Assembly: GCA_047611865.1 (NCBI GenBank)
Contig: JBLFWS010000015.1
Location: 1-34,786 of the forward strand
From: Chlamydiales bacterium
GTDB lineage: Bacteria; Chlamydiota; Chlamydiia; Chlamydiales; JBDQID01
DNA length: 34,786 bases
Direction: 5' to 3'
In this document: positions 8,876-18,321 of the stretch, piece after piece
How positions within the stretch are numbered: position 1 is the first letter of the stretch
How the letters are laid out: each line of letters starts with the position of its first letter
The notes under the pieces: model-generated
Told to the model about the DNA's origin: nothing
What the model saw: the letters and a program-made list of their open reading frames with translations, nothing else
The model's database searches: none
Translations under genes and position numbers: made by a program

Positions 8876-9848
8876 TAACCGACCCCAGGTAAAAAAAAGA
8901 AAGCGCTTAAACCCTTTGCCGCAGAATCCTGAAGAAGCTTCTGAAGAAAAAGCAGTTGGTTTGGGGCGATTTCCTTCTTGGTTGCATCGTAAGATGCCGA
9001 AAGGGGGGAATTTGAAAAAAACGAGCAATGTTCTTGAGACAAACCGACTACATACGGTTTGTGAAGAAGCTAAATGTCCAAACCTGCTTGAGTGCTGGAC
9101 TAAAAAAACAGCGACTTTTCTTTTGATGGGTAAGGAATGTACTCGGAGTTGTGGTTTTTGCGACATCGATTTTAACAATCAGCCACAGAGCCTGGATCCT
9201 CAAGAAGCGAACAGAGTCGCGGACTCTGTTAAACAGCTGGGTTTGAAACATGTAGTGATGACAATGGTTGCAAGAGATGATGTTCCTGACGGAGGTGCGC
9301 AGCATCTTGCTGACGTAATTAAGGAAGTCCGAAAGCAATGTAATGATACAACGATAGAGATTTTGACTTCTGATTTCGAAGGAAATACAAGTGCGTATGA
9401 TACCGTTTTGCGGGCTGGACCGGAGATCTTTAATTACAATATTGAGACAGTGAGAGAGTTGACTTCAAGAATTCGTCATAAAGCTACCTATGACAGGACT
9501 CTTGAGTTACTCCGTTATGTAAAAGAGCATAGCTTGGGTTCTGGAATGCACACGAAGTCAGGAATAATGGTGGGCTTAGGCGAGACGAGTGAGCAAGTAA
9601 AGCAGACGATTCGTGATCTTAAAGAGACAGGTTGTGATATAATTACAATAGGTCAATATCTCCAGGCAAACCGTCATAAGCTACGTGTAAAGGCATTCAT
9701 TACTCCTGAGCAGTTCAAGGAGTATGAGGAATTCGGTTACTCGATAGGTGTGCAGCACATGTATTGTGGACCCTTTGTTCGATCCAGTTACAACGCTCAT
9801 ATGGTTAAAAAATTAACCGATGAGGCTGTTATACTTAATGCGGGTTAG
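8853..9848 (+). CDS. lipA: Lipoyl synthase (radical SAM)
   Basis: CEEAKCPNLLEC, CTRSCGFC and C-terminal RSSY. Likely start is ATG 8853, overlapping the lpdA end by 23 nt. Confidence 0.96.
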   Translation: MLKQELFDNRPQVKKRKRLNPLPQNPEEASEEKAVGLGRFPSWLHRKMPKGGNLKKTSNVLETNRLHTVCEEAKCPNLLECWTKKTATFLLMGKECTRSCGFCDIDFNNQPQSLDPQEANRVADSVKQLGLKHVVMTMVARDDVPDGGAQHLADVIKEVRKQCNDTTIEILTSDFEGNTSAYDTVLRAGPEIFNYNIETVRELTSRIRHKATYDRTLELLRYVKEHSLGSGMHTKSGIMVGLGETSEQVKQTIRDLKETGCDIITIGQYLQANRHKLRVKAFITPEQFKEYEEFGYSIGVQHMYCGPFVRSSYNAHMVKKLTDEAVILNAG

Positions 9849-10187
9849 TTTGCCACTTGTCCGCATTAATCCTTTTTGTCTGTGAAAGTGTAGAGATCTC
9901 AACGGCGTTGTTGCATAACTTAATACATTTACAATCATTTATTTAACCACAGAGAGCACCGAAAACACAGAGAGATAGAAAAATGCATAAAGTCCCTCAG
10001 AATATGCTATCAACTCATCTGTGATTTTTTATTTTCTCTGTGGTCTTGGTGGTAAAATGTTAATCATAAGCCTCTTGTAGACGCATGTTTTATGCAACAA
10101 CGCCGGTCTCAACTGCTTTCTAAGTAAGCTGGAGATTTCCACAATTCCACAGACAAAAAGATCTTGGCACATTCAAGTATCAAATTA
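9846..10187. repeat. ERIC-like palindrome split by MITE insertion
   Basis: Outer arms TAGTTTGCCACTTG..CTTTTTGTCTGTG..GAGATCTC and GAGATTTC..CACAGACAAAAAG..CAAGTATCAAATTA flank the 9904-10104 MITE. Confidence 0.7.
9904..10104. mobile_element. MITE copy 1 (201 bp), IS903/IS5-group-like TIRs
   Basis: TIR GGCGTTGTTGCATAA...TTATGCAACAACGCC. 9-bp TSD GATCTCAAC/GGTCTCAAC (one mismatch). Near-identical to copies at 32525 and 34617. Confidence 0.9.
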
Positions 10188-10200
10188 TACACAAACAACT

Positions 10201-11565
10201 TCAAGAATCGCTTTTTTGGGTCTCTGATCGTTTCTTATGGATTTTTTTTCGAAGGGGATCGATTAATTTTTCTCGTAGTCCATCTTGAAGAAGTTGATCA
10301 AAGTAATCGTTTGCCAACTTCTCAATCTTTTCAATGTCTTTAGGGTTCGTATTGTCCATGGGAAATGCCTTGTCCAGATCAAGCTGAAGGCGCATGTATG
10401 CAATATTGTGGTTTTTAGATAGCAAGTTGAGTTGTTTTTCTACAGTATCATCCATCACTTCGAAATAGTTGTTAACAAGGGGGGGGATCCATTGGAGGAG
10501 ACCCCATTTGCTGGAGTTTTTGTCTGATATAGGTTCAGAGCGAATTTGTCCTGTTCCAATAGAAAGGATGAATATTTTACGTTTTTCTAGATGGCGTTTT
10601 TGGATACTTTCCAGGTAAGCCCATTCGGCTGGGTTGTTAGCAATTAAGCCTCCATCAATAAAATTATGATGAATTGAGGGGAATGTACAATCAGCTAGGC
10701 CTTTTGAAGGGAAGTAATAAGGAGCGGCAGTTGTGGCTCGCGCTACGTCGGCTATGCGGTATGTCTGCTCGTCTTCTTCAGTCTCCTTTCCTTGTGGAAC
10801 ATCGAGAGCATGTTTGTCTACACGAGAAAAGTGGGTGAAGAGATAATCTTCCTGTTGTTCCTCATCGAAGCTTGTAATGACCAGGTCGGTAATTGCCTCG
10901 TTTAGTTTTGAATCCCCAAATTTTTCGTTGAAAACTCGTTCTATTCCTGAGTCACTGTATTTGGGGCCTATAAGACCAAAAAGGCCGCTTGCGGCTTCCC
11001 AGGAACTGCGATAAAAAATCTCTTTACCGTGGGATTTGTATAGATCTACAAGGTCGGAGGCGGAGTCTTGTGCTGATTTTGGATTTGTTGCGGAAGCTTT
11101 GCTTAATCCTAATGCCAGTATACCTCCGGTAGAAGACCCTGCTAAGCAATCAAAAGCTTCTGACACTTGCCCTTCAATCTCTTGTTCAAGACGGCTGAGA
11201 ATGGTTGCAGGAATGATTCCTCTCATTCCTCCTCCATCGATGCTGAGAATGATATAAGGGTCTAGGTTTTCTTCTTCATCCAAAGGAGTTTGGTCAAACC
11301 TTGGAAGATGAGGAATCTCATGAGGATTTTGTAGAGGGCGTACTTTAACTTTGGGCAGAGGCTTTGTTGTTTCTTTAGGGTGTAAGGGGATATCGAGAAG
11401 ACGACCTGGAGGTTCTTCTTGACTTTGGCCTCTGATTATTGGAAGAGCAATACTTAATCTTTGTATATCTTTGGGGCTGTATTCAGGGCCTTTTTCTTTG
11501 TTTGTCTGGATATGGTGGGCTTCAGGGGAAAAACTTTGATGGATGGCGGATGTATTTAAAGTCAT
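10201..11565 (-). CDS. Patatin-like phospholipase with long Pro-rich N-terminal extension
   Basis: DGGGMRG oxyanion motif, GSSTG nucleophile elbow, and IDGGLIANNP with the catalytic Asp. Confidence 0.92.
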   Translation of the reverse strand: MTLNTSAIHQSFSPEAHHIQTNKEKGPEYSPKDIQRLSIALPIIRGQSQEEPPGRLLDIPLHPKETTKPLPKVKVRPLQNPHEIPHLPRFDQTPLDEEENLDPYIILSIDGGGMRGIIPATILSRLEQEIEGQVSEAFDCLAGSSTGGILALGLSKASATNPKSAQDSASDLVDLYKSHGKEIFYRSSWEAASGLFGLIGPKYSDSGIERVFNEKFGDSKLNEAITDLVITSFDEEQQEDYLFTHFSRVDKHALDVPQGKETEEDEQTYRIADVARATTAAPYYFPSKGLADCTFPSIHHNFIDGGLIANNPAEWAYLESIQKRHLEKRKIFILSIGTGQIRSEPISDKNSSKWGLLQWIPPLVNNYFEVMDDTVEKQLNLLSKNHNIAYMRLQLDLDKAFPMDNTNPKDIEKIEKLANDYFDQLLQDGLREKLIDPLRKKIHKKRSETQKSDS

Positions 11566-11800
11566 GGATGTTTTCCTAGCGGTCTATTTTAAGCAAATAG
11601 ATCGGATTAAAGAATTGTGACTCTTTTATCAAGTATTAAAATAATCTATAGGTATAAATTCTTTTAGTTTAAACTTTGTGCACGGACTATCTTCCGTGAC
11701 TAAGGGGTGTTTTACCTTGCATTCCTCGAAAATTTGTCCGACACTCAAATATTCCCTGTACATACAGTTCGTATTAATCAGGAAGGCGAGCAATAATACT

Positions 11801-11829
11801 TTGATTTTTAAGGGCTTAAGATGTAAAAT
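11801..11829 (+). promoter_or_regulatory. Putative sigma66-type promoter
   Basis: TTGATT, 17-nt spacer, TAAAAT upstream of the HEAT-repeat gene. Confidence 0.45.
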
Positions 11830-11849
11830 AATTTAGCTGATAAAATATT

Positions 11850-12860
11850 GTGAGGATACAAATGACCATAGAAAAACTGTCCTTTTTGGATTTAATGCAA
11901 GAATTTGACGAAGAGCTTAGTGGTGCTTCCCAGAGAGCTCCTCAGGGTAACACGGAAGATGAACTTTTAAGGGATTTACCTCTTTCCGATGCTGTGGATA
12001 ATGAGATATTGATGCATCGTGATAGTCATTTCGGAGGGAAGTTCAGTATAATGCTGGATTATTATGAGAGTGAAGGAAAGGGAACAGATCCTGAGATAAA
12101 ACTCAGCCGTATTCATCAGTTAATGGAGATGGAGCAGCAGCTAGGGAAGAATCTTGCACCTGCCATGTTGACAGGTCCTGAGGCGGAAGAAGTGGGTAGA
12201 GCAAGAGAAGCTTACAAACAGCTAAGGTCTATTTATGAAATTGAAAATCTACAAAGCCCTATTCCTCGTCTAATTTCTGACTTGATCTTAACGGAGGATG
12301 AAGAAGCAGAAAAAGAAGTTGATGCAGTAGTACAAGCAGGTCCTGATATTGTACCTTCACTAATTAGTCTTCTTATGAAAGATGAATACCTTAATCCTCT
12401 ATTTCCTGGTTATGGTTTCGCTCCAATATTAGCAGCTGAATGCCTTGGGAAGATTGGTGATGAAAGCTCTATCAGATCACTTTTTGAGGTTATAGGTAAG
12501 GATTCAGAAGAAATTGAAATGGCTGCTATTGATGCCCTTAGAAATATTGGCGATCCAGCGAAGACTTTTCTTATTCAGGTTCTCGAGGGGCGCCCTTTCA
12601 CTGCAGATAATCGTAATGCGGGTATGGCTCTAGGCCTTGGGTTTATTGGGGATGAAGAAGTTGCGAGTACTTGCTTTGAGCAACTTAAAGTATGGGAAGG
12701 AGAAGAGAATCAAACTTTCCTGGGATTTCTCGTCTTATCTTGTGTGGGATTGCAAAGTGAGTTGCGCGATAGCTTTAAAGTTTGGGCGGAAAGCAGGCCC
12801 TTTTCGAGTGACTTGTCATTTGAATTTGAAGCTGTATTCTCCGATTGGAAAGGAGAGTAG
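11850..12860 (+). CDS. HEAT-repeat (PBS lyase-like) protein, chlamydia-type
   Basis: 'LAAECLGKIGD' and 'AAIDALRNIGDPA' helical repeats; N-terminal 'LMHRDSHFGGKF'. Start may be ATG 11862. Confidence 0.8.
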   Translation: MRIQMTIEKLSFLDLMQEFDEELSGASQRAPQGNTEDELLRDLPLSDAVDNEILMHRDSHFGGKFSIMLDYYESEGKGTDPEIKLSRIHQLMEMEQQLGKNLAPAMLTGPEAEEVGRAREAYKQLRSIYEIENLQSPIPRLISDLILTEDEEAEKEVDAVVQAGPDIVPSLISLLMKDEYLNPLFPGYGFAPILAAECLGKIGDESSIRSLFEVIGKDSEEIEMAAIDALRNIGDPAKTFLIQVLEGRPFTADNRNAGMALGLGFIGDEEVASTCFEQLKVWEGEENQTFLGFLVLSCVGLQSELRDSFKVWAESRPFSSDLSFEFEAVFSDWKGE

Positions 12861-12933
12861 CAGATTTTATCTAGTGGGAAGCCCCTAGTGCTTTGTCAAG
12901 CCTAGAAACGATTGATCTTAATTTGACAGAGTA

Positions 12934-14295
12934 CTAGGTTAATAAATCTATTTTTTCCCAAGCTCCTTGCGAAAACCTCCAGGCATATATCGCCAAGCCA
13001 AGAATGCTGTATATAACAGCAATTAACCAGGCTGTTTCGACGGAACCATGCATTTTTACTACAAAAAGATAGACGGGAAGCACTAAGCAAGCCCATATCA
13101 AAACAGATCCGGCGATAAGGATGAACATGGTGTCACCTGCGGCCGTCAGTAATCCAGAGATAAGCCAGCGAATTCCTTCAAAAAACATGTAGAACATGAG
13201 AAAAAGTAGACCCGTTTTTAGCGAACTGCTGAGCTCTGGCGTAAACGTACTGTTTATAGAATCACTGAAAAACAAGCTAAGGATGGCGTCGGGGAAACCG
13301 AGTAAGGTGATAGCCATGACGCAAAAAAAGATCAGGTGAAAACGCCCTCCCGCAAGTAAAGTATTCTTAATGAGGTTAGGGCGCCTGGCACCTAAGAAGT
13401 TTCCTGCAATAACACTGGCACCTTTACTCAGTCCATCGGCAAAAAAGCTGAGGAGGATGAACATAGAATTGCATATTCCTGAAACTGTGATATGTGCCCC
13501 ACCAAGGCTCGCCATCATTTCGTAGAAGATGGCCCACCCAAAGGTTTCTATGCTGTAGAAAATAGCAGGAGGGGCTCCGATTATCAGGCATTTTTTAAAT
13601 AAAGGGATGTCCAAGTGCCAGTTTCCAGTACCAAAAAGTTTTCTATTTGAGGGTCTTAAAAATAAAAATAAAAGGATACTAGCTTGAATTAGTTGACCTA
13701 TGCAGGTGGCAATTACGGCTCCGAGTACCCCCATCTGCGGGAGAAAGCCTTCGACACCAAAAATCATTGTATAATCAAGAAGGGCGTTAACAAGGTTGGC
13801 GAATAGGGATAAGCAGGTGACAAGGACGGTTTTACCCCTTCCGATGTAAAAGGCGGCAAGGGCCGAATAGAGAGAGAAGACTGGACCAAAGCAAACCATC
13901 CAGGAGAAGTATTGGGTAGCCATTTCTTCAAAAGCTGTGCCGTTGTATATAACATGACTGCCCCAGATTCCCAAGGGAAGGAAGAAGGCTGTTGTCATTA
14001 GGGAGTACCAAAGCATTTGCCAGACAGGGCGGCCAACATCACTATTTTTTTTGGCGCCATTGTATTGAGAAACAAAAACTTCGGCCATGCTTGCTATAGC
14101 CATAGAGGAATAGACGAAAACCCATCCCATTGTGCTTGCGTTTACAACAGCATTGTGGGCTTCTAAGGAGTAGTGGGCTAGGAAGAGTCTGTCAACAAAG
14201 ATCATCAGTACTGTGGAAAATGCTGAGATCATTAGAGGGAGGGCTATTGCCCAGAGTTCTCTAAAGCTTCCTTCTTTGTGTTTGGTTAAAGCCAT
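12934..14295 (-). CDS. MATE-family efflux transporter
   Basis: About 12 TM helices; 'IALPLMIS', 'FVDRLFLA', 'VSQYNGAK' and 'MGVLGAVIAT'. Confidence 0.92.
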   Translation of the reverse strand: MALTKHKEGSFRELWAIALPLMISAFSTVLMIFVDRLFLAHYSLEAHNAVVNASTMGWVFVYSSMAIASMAEVFVSQYNGAKKNSDVGRPVWQMLWYSLMTTAFFLPLGIWGSHVIYNGTAFEEMATQYFSWMVCFGPVFSLYSALAAFYIGRGKTVLVTCLSLFANLVNALLDYTMIFGVEGFLPQMGVLGAVIATCIGQLIQASILLFLFLRPSNRKLFGTGNWHLDIPLFKKCLIIGAPPAIFYSIETFGWAIFYEMMASLGGAHITVSGICNSMFILLSFFADGLSKGASVIAGNFLGARRPNLIKNTLLAGGRFHLIFFCVMAITLLGFPDAILSLFFSDSINSTFTPELSSSLKTGLLFLMFYMFFEGIRWLISGLLTAAGDTMFILIAGSVLIWACLVLPVYLFVVKMHGSVETAWLIAVIYSILGLAIYAWRFSQGAWEKIDLLT

Positions 14296-14540
14296 TTTTT
14301 AAGGTCATTCGTGAATTTAGAGCGAGTGTATCAAAGGGATGATATAATTTTCTAATATAATAGTTCTGAATACTTTGTGATAAGCCCTTCTTTCCTGAAG
14401 GATCTTTTGCAAAAAAGGAAAGTCCAAGGTAATGTTCGTTTTTTTCTGAAGTAAATTATGGGAAAGACTTAAGAGAATATCCTCTTTTGTGTTATAAGTA
14501 ATAGTAGTCAAAATATAATATATTACGGTGTAATAGTTCT

Positions 14541-15569
14541 ATGTCAAATTTATCTATCGGCCTTATACTCAGTCTCAAGCGTTCAATAAACTTTTTGTTT
14601 ATTGTGGGCATACTTCTTCCGCTTCTTTCATCCTGTGGTTCTTCAAAGATTGTGGTACATGATGTTGAAGAAAAAGAAGCGAATGAGATCATAGTATTTT
14701 TGTCTACTAGGGGTATCGAGGCTGGAAAAGCTACTCCTGAGTCTACTGGTGGAGGTGGTGGAACCAAGATTGCGGTTTATAATATTGTTGTAGACCAAGC
14801 TGAATGGGTTAATGCAATGCGCCACCTTGATCGAGAGGGTTTGCCGCGTAGAAAAGGGACAACTTTATTAAAACTCTTTGGTACTGCGGGGCTTGTGCCT
14901 TCTGAACAAGAGGAAAAAATTCGTTTTCGTGCGGGCAAAGAAGAAGAGCTTGCAAATACGATTAGAAAAATTGACGGGATTATTGATGCGGATGTTCAGC
15001 TTTCATTACCTGATGACATAGCTTTAACGCCAGGAATGGTGAAAGAGACTTCTACAGCTTCTGTGTATGTTAAACACCAAGGAGTCCTTGACGACCCTAA
15101 CTCCCACCTGGTTACTAAAATCAAAAGATGGATAGCAAGTAGTATTCCAGGACTTGATTTTGAAAATGTTACGGTAATTGCAGATCGTGCTCGAGCTAGT
15201 TATGACAGAGTGGGTGAGGGTGAGAGTTTTGCGAAAGAAGAGCAAAAGGAATATGTAAAAACGTGGGGTGTAGTTCTTGCAAAGGAGTCTGTTTCCCATT
15301 TTCAAATGATCTTTTTCTCTTTTGGTGGGTTGATATTATTGTTTCTTAGTACCATGGGGTGGCTCTTTTGGAAAATATCTCCTTTAATTAAGCAGTTTGG
15401 AGGTATGCCGGCCTTTTTTACTACCGAGCCTTTTCGCCTTGATGGAAGTATAGGTTCAGGAATAGCTGAAGAAGGTGACTCTGTTGAAGGTGCTGAAAAT
15501 AAAGAAGTTGACGACGATGATGATGACGATGATGACGATGATGAAGATGATGACGAGGACAAGGACTAG
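14541..15569 (+). CDS. sctJ: T3SS inner-membrane ring lipoprotein SctJ (CdsJ)
   Basis: Lipobox LLSSC; 'EKEANEIIVFL', 'GLVPSEQEEKIR', 'IDGIIDADV' and 'TASVYVKH'; C-terminal TM and acidic tail. Confidence 0.95.
   Translation: MSNLSIGLILSLKRSINFLFIVGILLPLLSSCGSSKIVVHDVEEKEANEIIVFLSTRGIEAGKATPESTGGGGGTKIAVYNIVVDQAEWVNAMRHLDREGLPRRKGTTLLKLFGTAGLVPSEQEEKIRFRAGKEEELANTIRKIDGIIDADVQLSLPDDIALTPGMVKETSTASVYVKHQGVLDDPNSHLVTKIKRWIASSIPGLDFENVTVIADRARASYDRVGEGESFAKEEQKEYVKTWGVVLAKESVSHFQMIFFSFGGLILLFLSTMGWLFWKISPLIKQFGGMPAFFTTEPFRLDGSIGSGIAEEGDSVEGAENKEVDDDDDDDDDDDEDDDEDKD
15510..15566 (+). repeat. GAY trinucleotide tract encoding poly-Asp tail of SctJ
   Basis: Encodes D11-E-DDD-E-D-K-D immediately before the stop codon. 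Confidence 0.9.
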
Positions 15570-15596
15570 GTCGACCTGTTGAGAGGGATTAGATAA

Positions 15597-16445
15597 GTGA
15601 CTTTTAAAAGCTGGGCAGTGCTTGAAAGCCTGTTACGTAGCCACCACGAAAATAATATAGAACTCTTTAGTAAGTTTCTCCCTGAAGAAGCTCTACAGAA
15701 TTTTTCTAACCTTCCTGTAGATACTGCTGTCCATTCGAATCTGTTGTCTAGTGCAGAGGAAAGTCTTTCTTCTATGCACTATTCGTGGCTTTTGGGAGCT
15801 GTAAAAAAAATTCCTTCTGAGGCTTATAATTTTTATCTTTCAGCTCTTCCTGAAATCCAAGCCGAAGTGATAAGCACAGCATTGAATAAAAATATCGATA
15901 AAGTGAATTTATCCAGGTTTGGTCAAGCCTATTTATTACATTATTTCCAACAAAACTTTTTGGATGAAAAGGAAATTTTACCTGTTCAATGTCTCCCTAT
16001 TTCAGATTTTCACAGTCTATTGAAAATGGAGAAACGCAGGTTGATTCAGTTGATGGGATACTTGGGTTTATGGGATCTTGCCATAAGATTAAAAGAGCTG
16101 AATCATGGAGGACTCTCTCAAAGTGTGGAGAAAGTCCTGTCATTTAAGAAGAAAGAATATTTAAATATTTGTTTACAGGAAGACGATATCGTATCATTAT
16201 CGACCATTGAGATCGAAAAATGGGATGGTGACAAAAGAAACTTAGAGTACATGTTACATCAAAGGGGGGTTGAAAGGTTAGGGTATGCCCTTTCAGGTCA
16301 ACACAAAGGGTTTATTTGGCATCTTTGTCATAAGCTTGATACTGGAAGAGCCACAGTGCTGCTGAAGTATCATTCTGAAGAACAGTTGCCGGAATCACCA
16401 GTTTTAACCTCTCGACTTTTGAATTTGGTTGAATTCCTGGGATAA
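15597..16445 (+). CDS. sctK: T3SS protein between sctJ and sctL (SctK/CT560-like)
   Basis: Position in the operon; 'MHYSWL', 'LGLWDLA' and 'HKLDTGR' resemble chlamydial homologues. Confidence 0.7.
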   Translation: MTFKSWAVLESLLRSHHENNIELFSKFLPEEALQNFSNLPVDTAVHSNLLSSAEESLSSMHYSWLLGAVKKIPSEAYNFYLSALPEIQAEVISTALNKNIDKVNLSRFGQAYLLHYFQQNFLDEKEILPVQCLPISDFHSLLKMEKRRLIQLMGYLGLWDLAIRLKELNHGGLSQSVEKVLSFKKKEYLNICLQEDDIVSLSTIEIEKWDGDKRNLEYMLHQRGVERLGYALSGQHKGFIWHLCHKLDTGRATVLLKYHSEEQLPESPVLTSRLLNLVEFLG

Positions 16446-17096
16446 TTGAGTAAACAAGGCAGTCAAGTGAAATTTTTCTCACTAATAGATAAAAGCAAGA
16501 GTCTTCACGTAGCACCAGGTACTAAAGTGATTCCTGCTCATGACTTTGCTGCATTGCAAGATGCTGAAGGTATTTTGGGAGTGGCGCGTCAGGACGCAGT
16601 AGAGTACAGAAAGCAAGTGAAAAAGGAATGCGAGGAATTGAAAGCTGAGGCCAAAGAGGCAGGCTTTAATGAGGGTTTGGAGCAGTGGGCAGTTAAGCTT
16701 TTTGAATTTGAAGAGAGTGTTCAATCGATCCGAGAAGAAACTAAAAAAGTGATCATTCCTTTAGCTCTCAAAGCAGCCAAAAAGATAGTCGGTCGTCAGA
16801 TAGAGCTGAATCCAGAAACAGTCGTTGAAATTGTTGCGAGTGCTTTGAAATCTGTTTCTCACCATAAAAAAGTGGTGATTTATGTGAATAAGCAGGATTT
16901 GGAGATTCTTACAGAAAAGAAAGGGCGCTTGAAAGAAGTGCTGGATACCGTAGAGTCGCTATCGATACAAGATCGTGAAGATATAGACCCTCTAGGTTGT
17001 GTGATTGAAACGGAGGGCGGTATCATTAACGCACAGATAGAAAATCAGTGGCGTGCCTTGGAAAACGCTTTTCAGAGTTTGATGAAGCAAGAATAA
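16446..17096 (+). CDS. sctL: T3SS stator SctL (HrpE/YscL/FliH family)
   Basis: 'EAKEAGFNEG' (AxxxGxxxG), 'GCVIETEGGIINAQIENQW'; TTG start abuts the sctK stop. Confidence 0.93.
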   Translation: MSKQGSQVKFFSLIDKSKSLHVAPGTKVIPAHDFAALQDAEGILGVARQDAVEYRKQVKKECEELKAEAKEAGFNEGLEQWAVKLFEFEESVQSIREETKKVIIPLALKAAKKIVGRQIELNPETVVEIVASALKSVSHHKKVVIYVNKQDLEILTEKKGRLKEVLDTVESLSIQDREDIDPLGCVIETEGGIINAQIENQWRALENAFQSLMKQE

Positions 17097-17106
17097 TAGG
17101 GAATAG

Positions 17107-18018
17107 GTGATGATTAGGGGAAAATTAATAGCTAGGTCGAGCTTTTATTTATATTTGTTCTTTAGCATGTTTGTGATGTTTAGTGGTAATAGCTATTGTC
17201 AGGAAACAAATCCTGGGGAGACGGTAGACACAAGGATTCGTACTCGGAGTAAGGCGGCTGATGTTTCAGAGCCCTCGCAGATCAATAGGGTACGTGCAAT
17301 AGCAGCTCCTGAGGAAGACACACCTGGTGCTGGCCTCTTGAAGGGCAATGCTCCCAATCTGATTACTCAAACTATTGCATTGACACTTGTGGCTTTGATG
17401 CCATTTGTGATTATGCTTCTCACCTCTTTTATCAAGATTGTCATTGTTCTGTCGCTTTTGCGTAGTGCTTTGGGCGCTCAACAGGCGCCTCCCAACCAGG
17501 TGATAAACGGGGTGGCACTTTTGTTAAGTGTGTACATCATGTATCCTACGGGAGTGAAAATGTATAAAGCTGCCGAGCCCGTTATGAATATGAGAGCTGT
17601 TCCGGATGAATTTGCTTCGGCAGAGACAGCCCAATATGTTATAGACTTCGTGGATAAAGCCAAAGAGCCTTTCCGTGATTTCATGATTAGAAATAGTGAT
17701 GCCAAGCACCACAAAAGTTTTCATAGGATTGCATATAACCTTTTACCTCCAGATTATAGGGACGCTTTAGGAGTACATGATTTTATTGTAGTTATTCCTT
17801 CTTATATAACTGGGCAGTTGAAAGCAGCTTTTGAAATAGGTGTATTAATTTATATACCCTTTTTTGTAATCGATTTGGTAACGTCGAATATTTTATTGGC
17901 GATGGGGATGATGATGTTATCCCCTGTAACGATATCTATGCCACTGAAGCTTTTTCTTTTGGTGATGCTGGATGGATGGACACTGCTTGTGCAAGGTCTT
18001 GTAGGAACTTTTGTATAG
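17107..18018 (+). CDS. sctR: T3SS export apparatus SctR
   Basis: 'TSFIKIVIVLSLLRSALGAQQAPPNQV' and 'LLAMGMMMLSPVTISMPLKL..DGW'. Confidence 0.97.
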   Translation: MMIRGKLIARSSFYLYLFFSMFVMFSGNSYCQETNPGETVDTRIRTRSKAADVSEPSQINRVRAIAAPEEDTPGAGLLKGNAPNLITQTIALTLVALMPFVIMLLTSFIKIVIVLSLLRSALGAQQAPPNQVINGVALLLSVYIMYPTGVKMYKAAEPVMNMRAVPDEFASAETAQYVIDFVDKAKEPFRDFMIRNSDAKHHKSFHRIAYNLLPPDYRDALGVHDFIVVIPSYITGQLKAAFEIGVLIYIPFFVIDLVTSNILLAMGMMMLSPVTISMPLKLFLLVMLDGWTLLVQGLVGTFV

Positions 18019-18051
18019 ATCTAACCATTTCCTTGTAGGGGGAAGCTCCCG

Positions 18052-18318
18052 ATGATGCACACACACATAGTTCAGTTAGCTTATAAAGGATTATTACTGA
18101 TATTGATTCTTTCAGGTCCTCCAATTTTGGTAAGCATGTTTTTTGGATTAACAGTTGCGATTTTTCAGGCTGCTACGCAGATTCAAGAACAAACTCTTTC
18201 ATTTACCATTAAATTGTTAGCCGTCGTTTTGACTCTTATGGCTTTTGGTGGTTGGTTGGGTGCTCAGATCCTGATGTTTGCACGGGAAATCTTTGTAAAC
18301 TTCCCAAGATGGGCGTAA
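18052..18318 (+). CDS. sctS: T3SS export apparatus SctS
   Basis: 'FQAATQIQEQTLSFTIKL'. Confidence 0.97.
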   Translation: MMHTHIVQLAYKGLLLILILSGPPILVSMFFGLTVAIFQAATQIQEQTLSFTIKLLAVVLTLMAFGGWLGAQILMFAREIFVNFPRWA

Positions 18319-18321
18319 GAG

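Noticed and set aside
11690..11800. Possible additional degenerate ERIC-like element (contains caggaaggcg)
   Set aside because: The arms are too eroded to define ends.
15302..15562. Poly-Ser ORF on the minus strand
   Set aside because: It is the antisense shadow of the sctJ poly-Asp tract.
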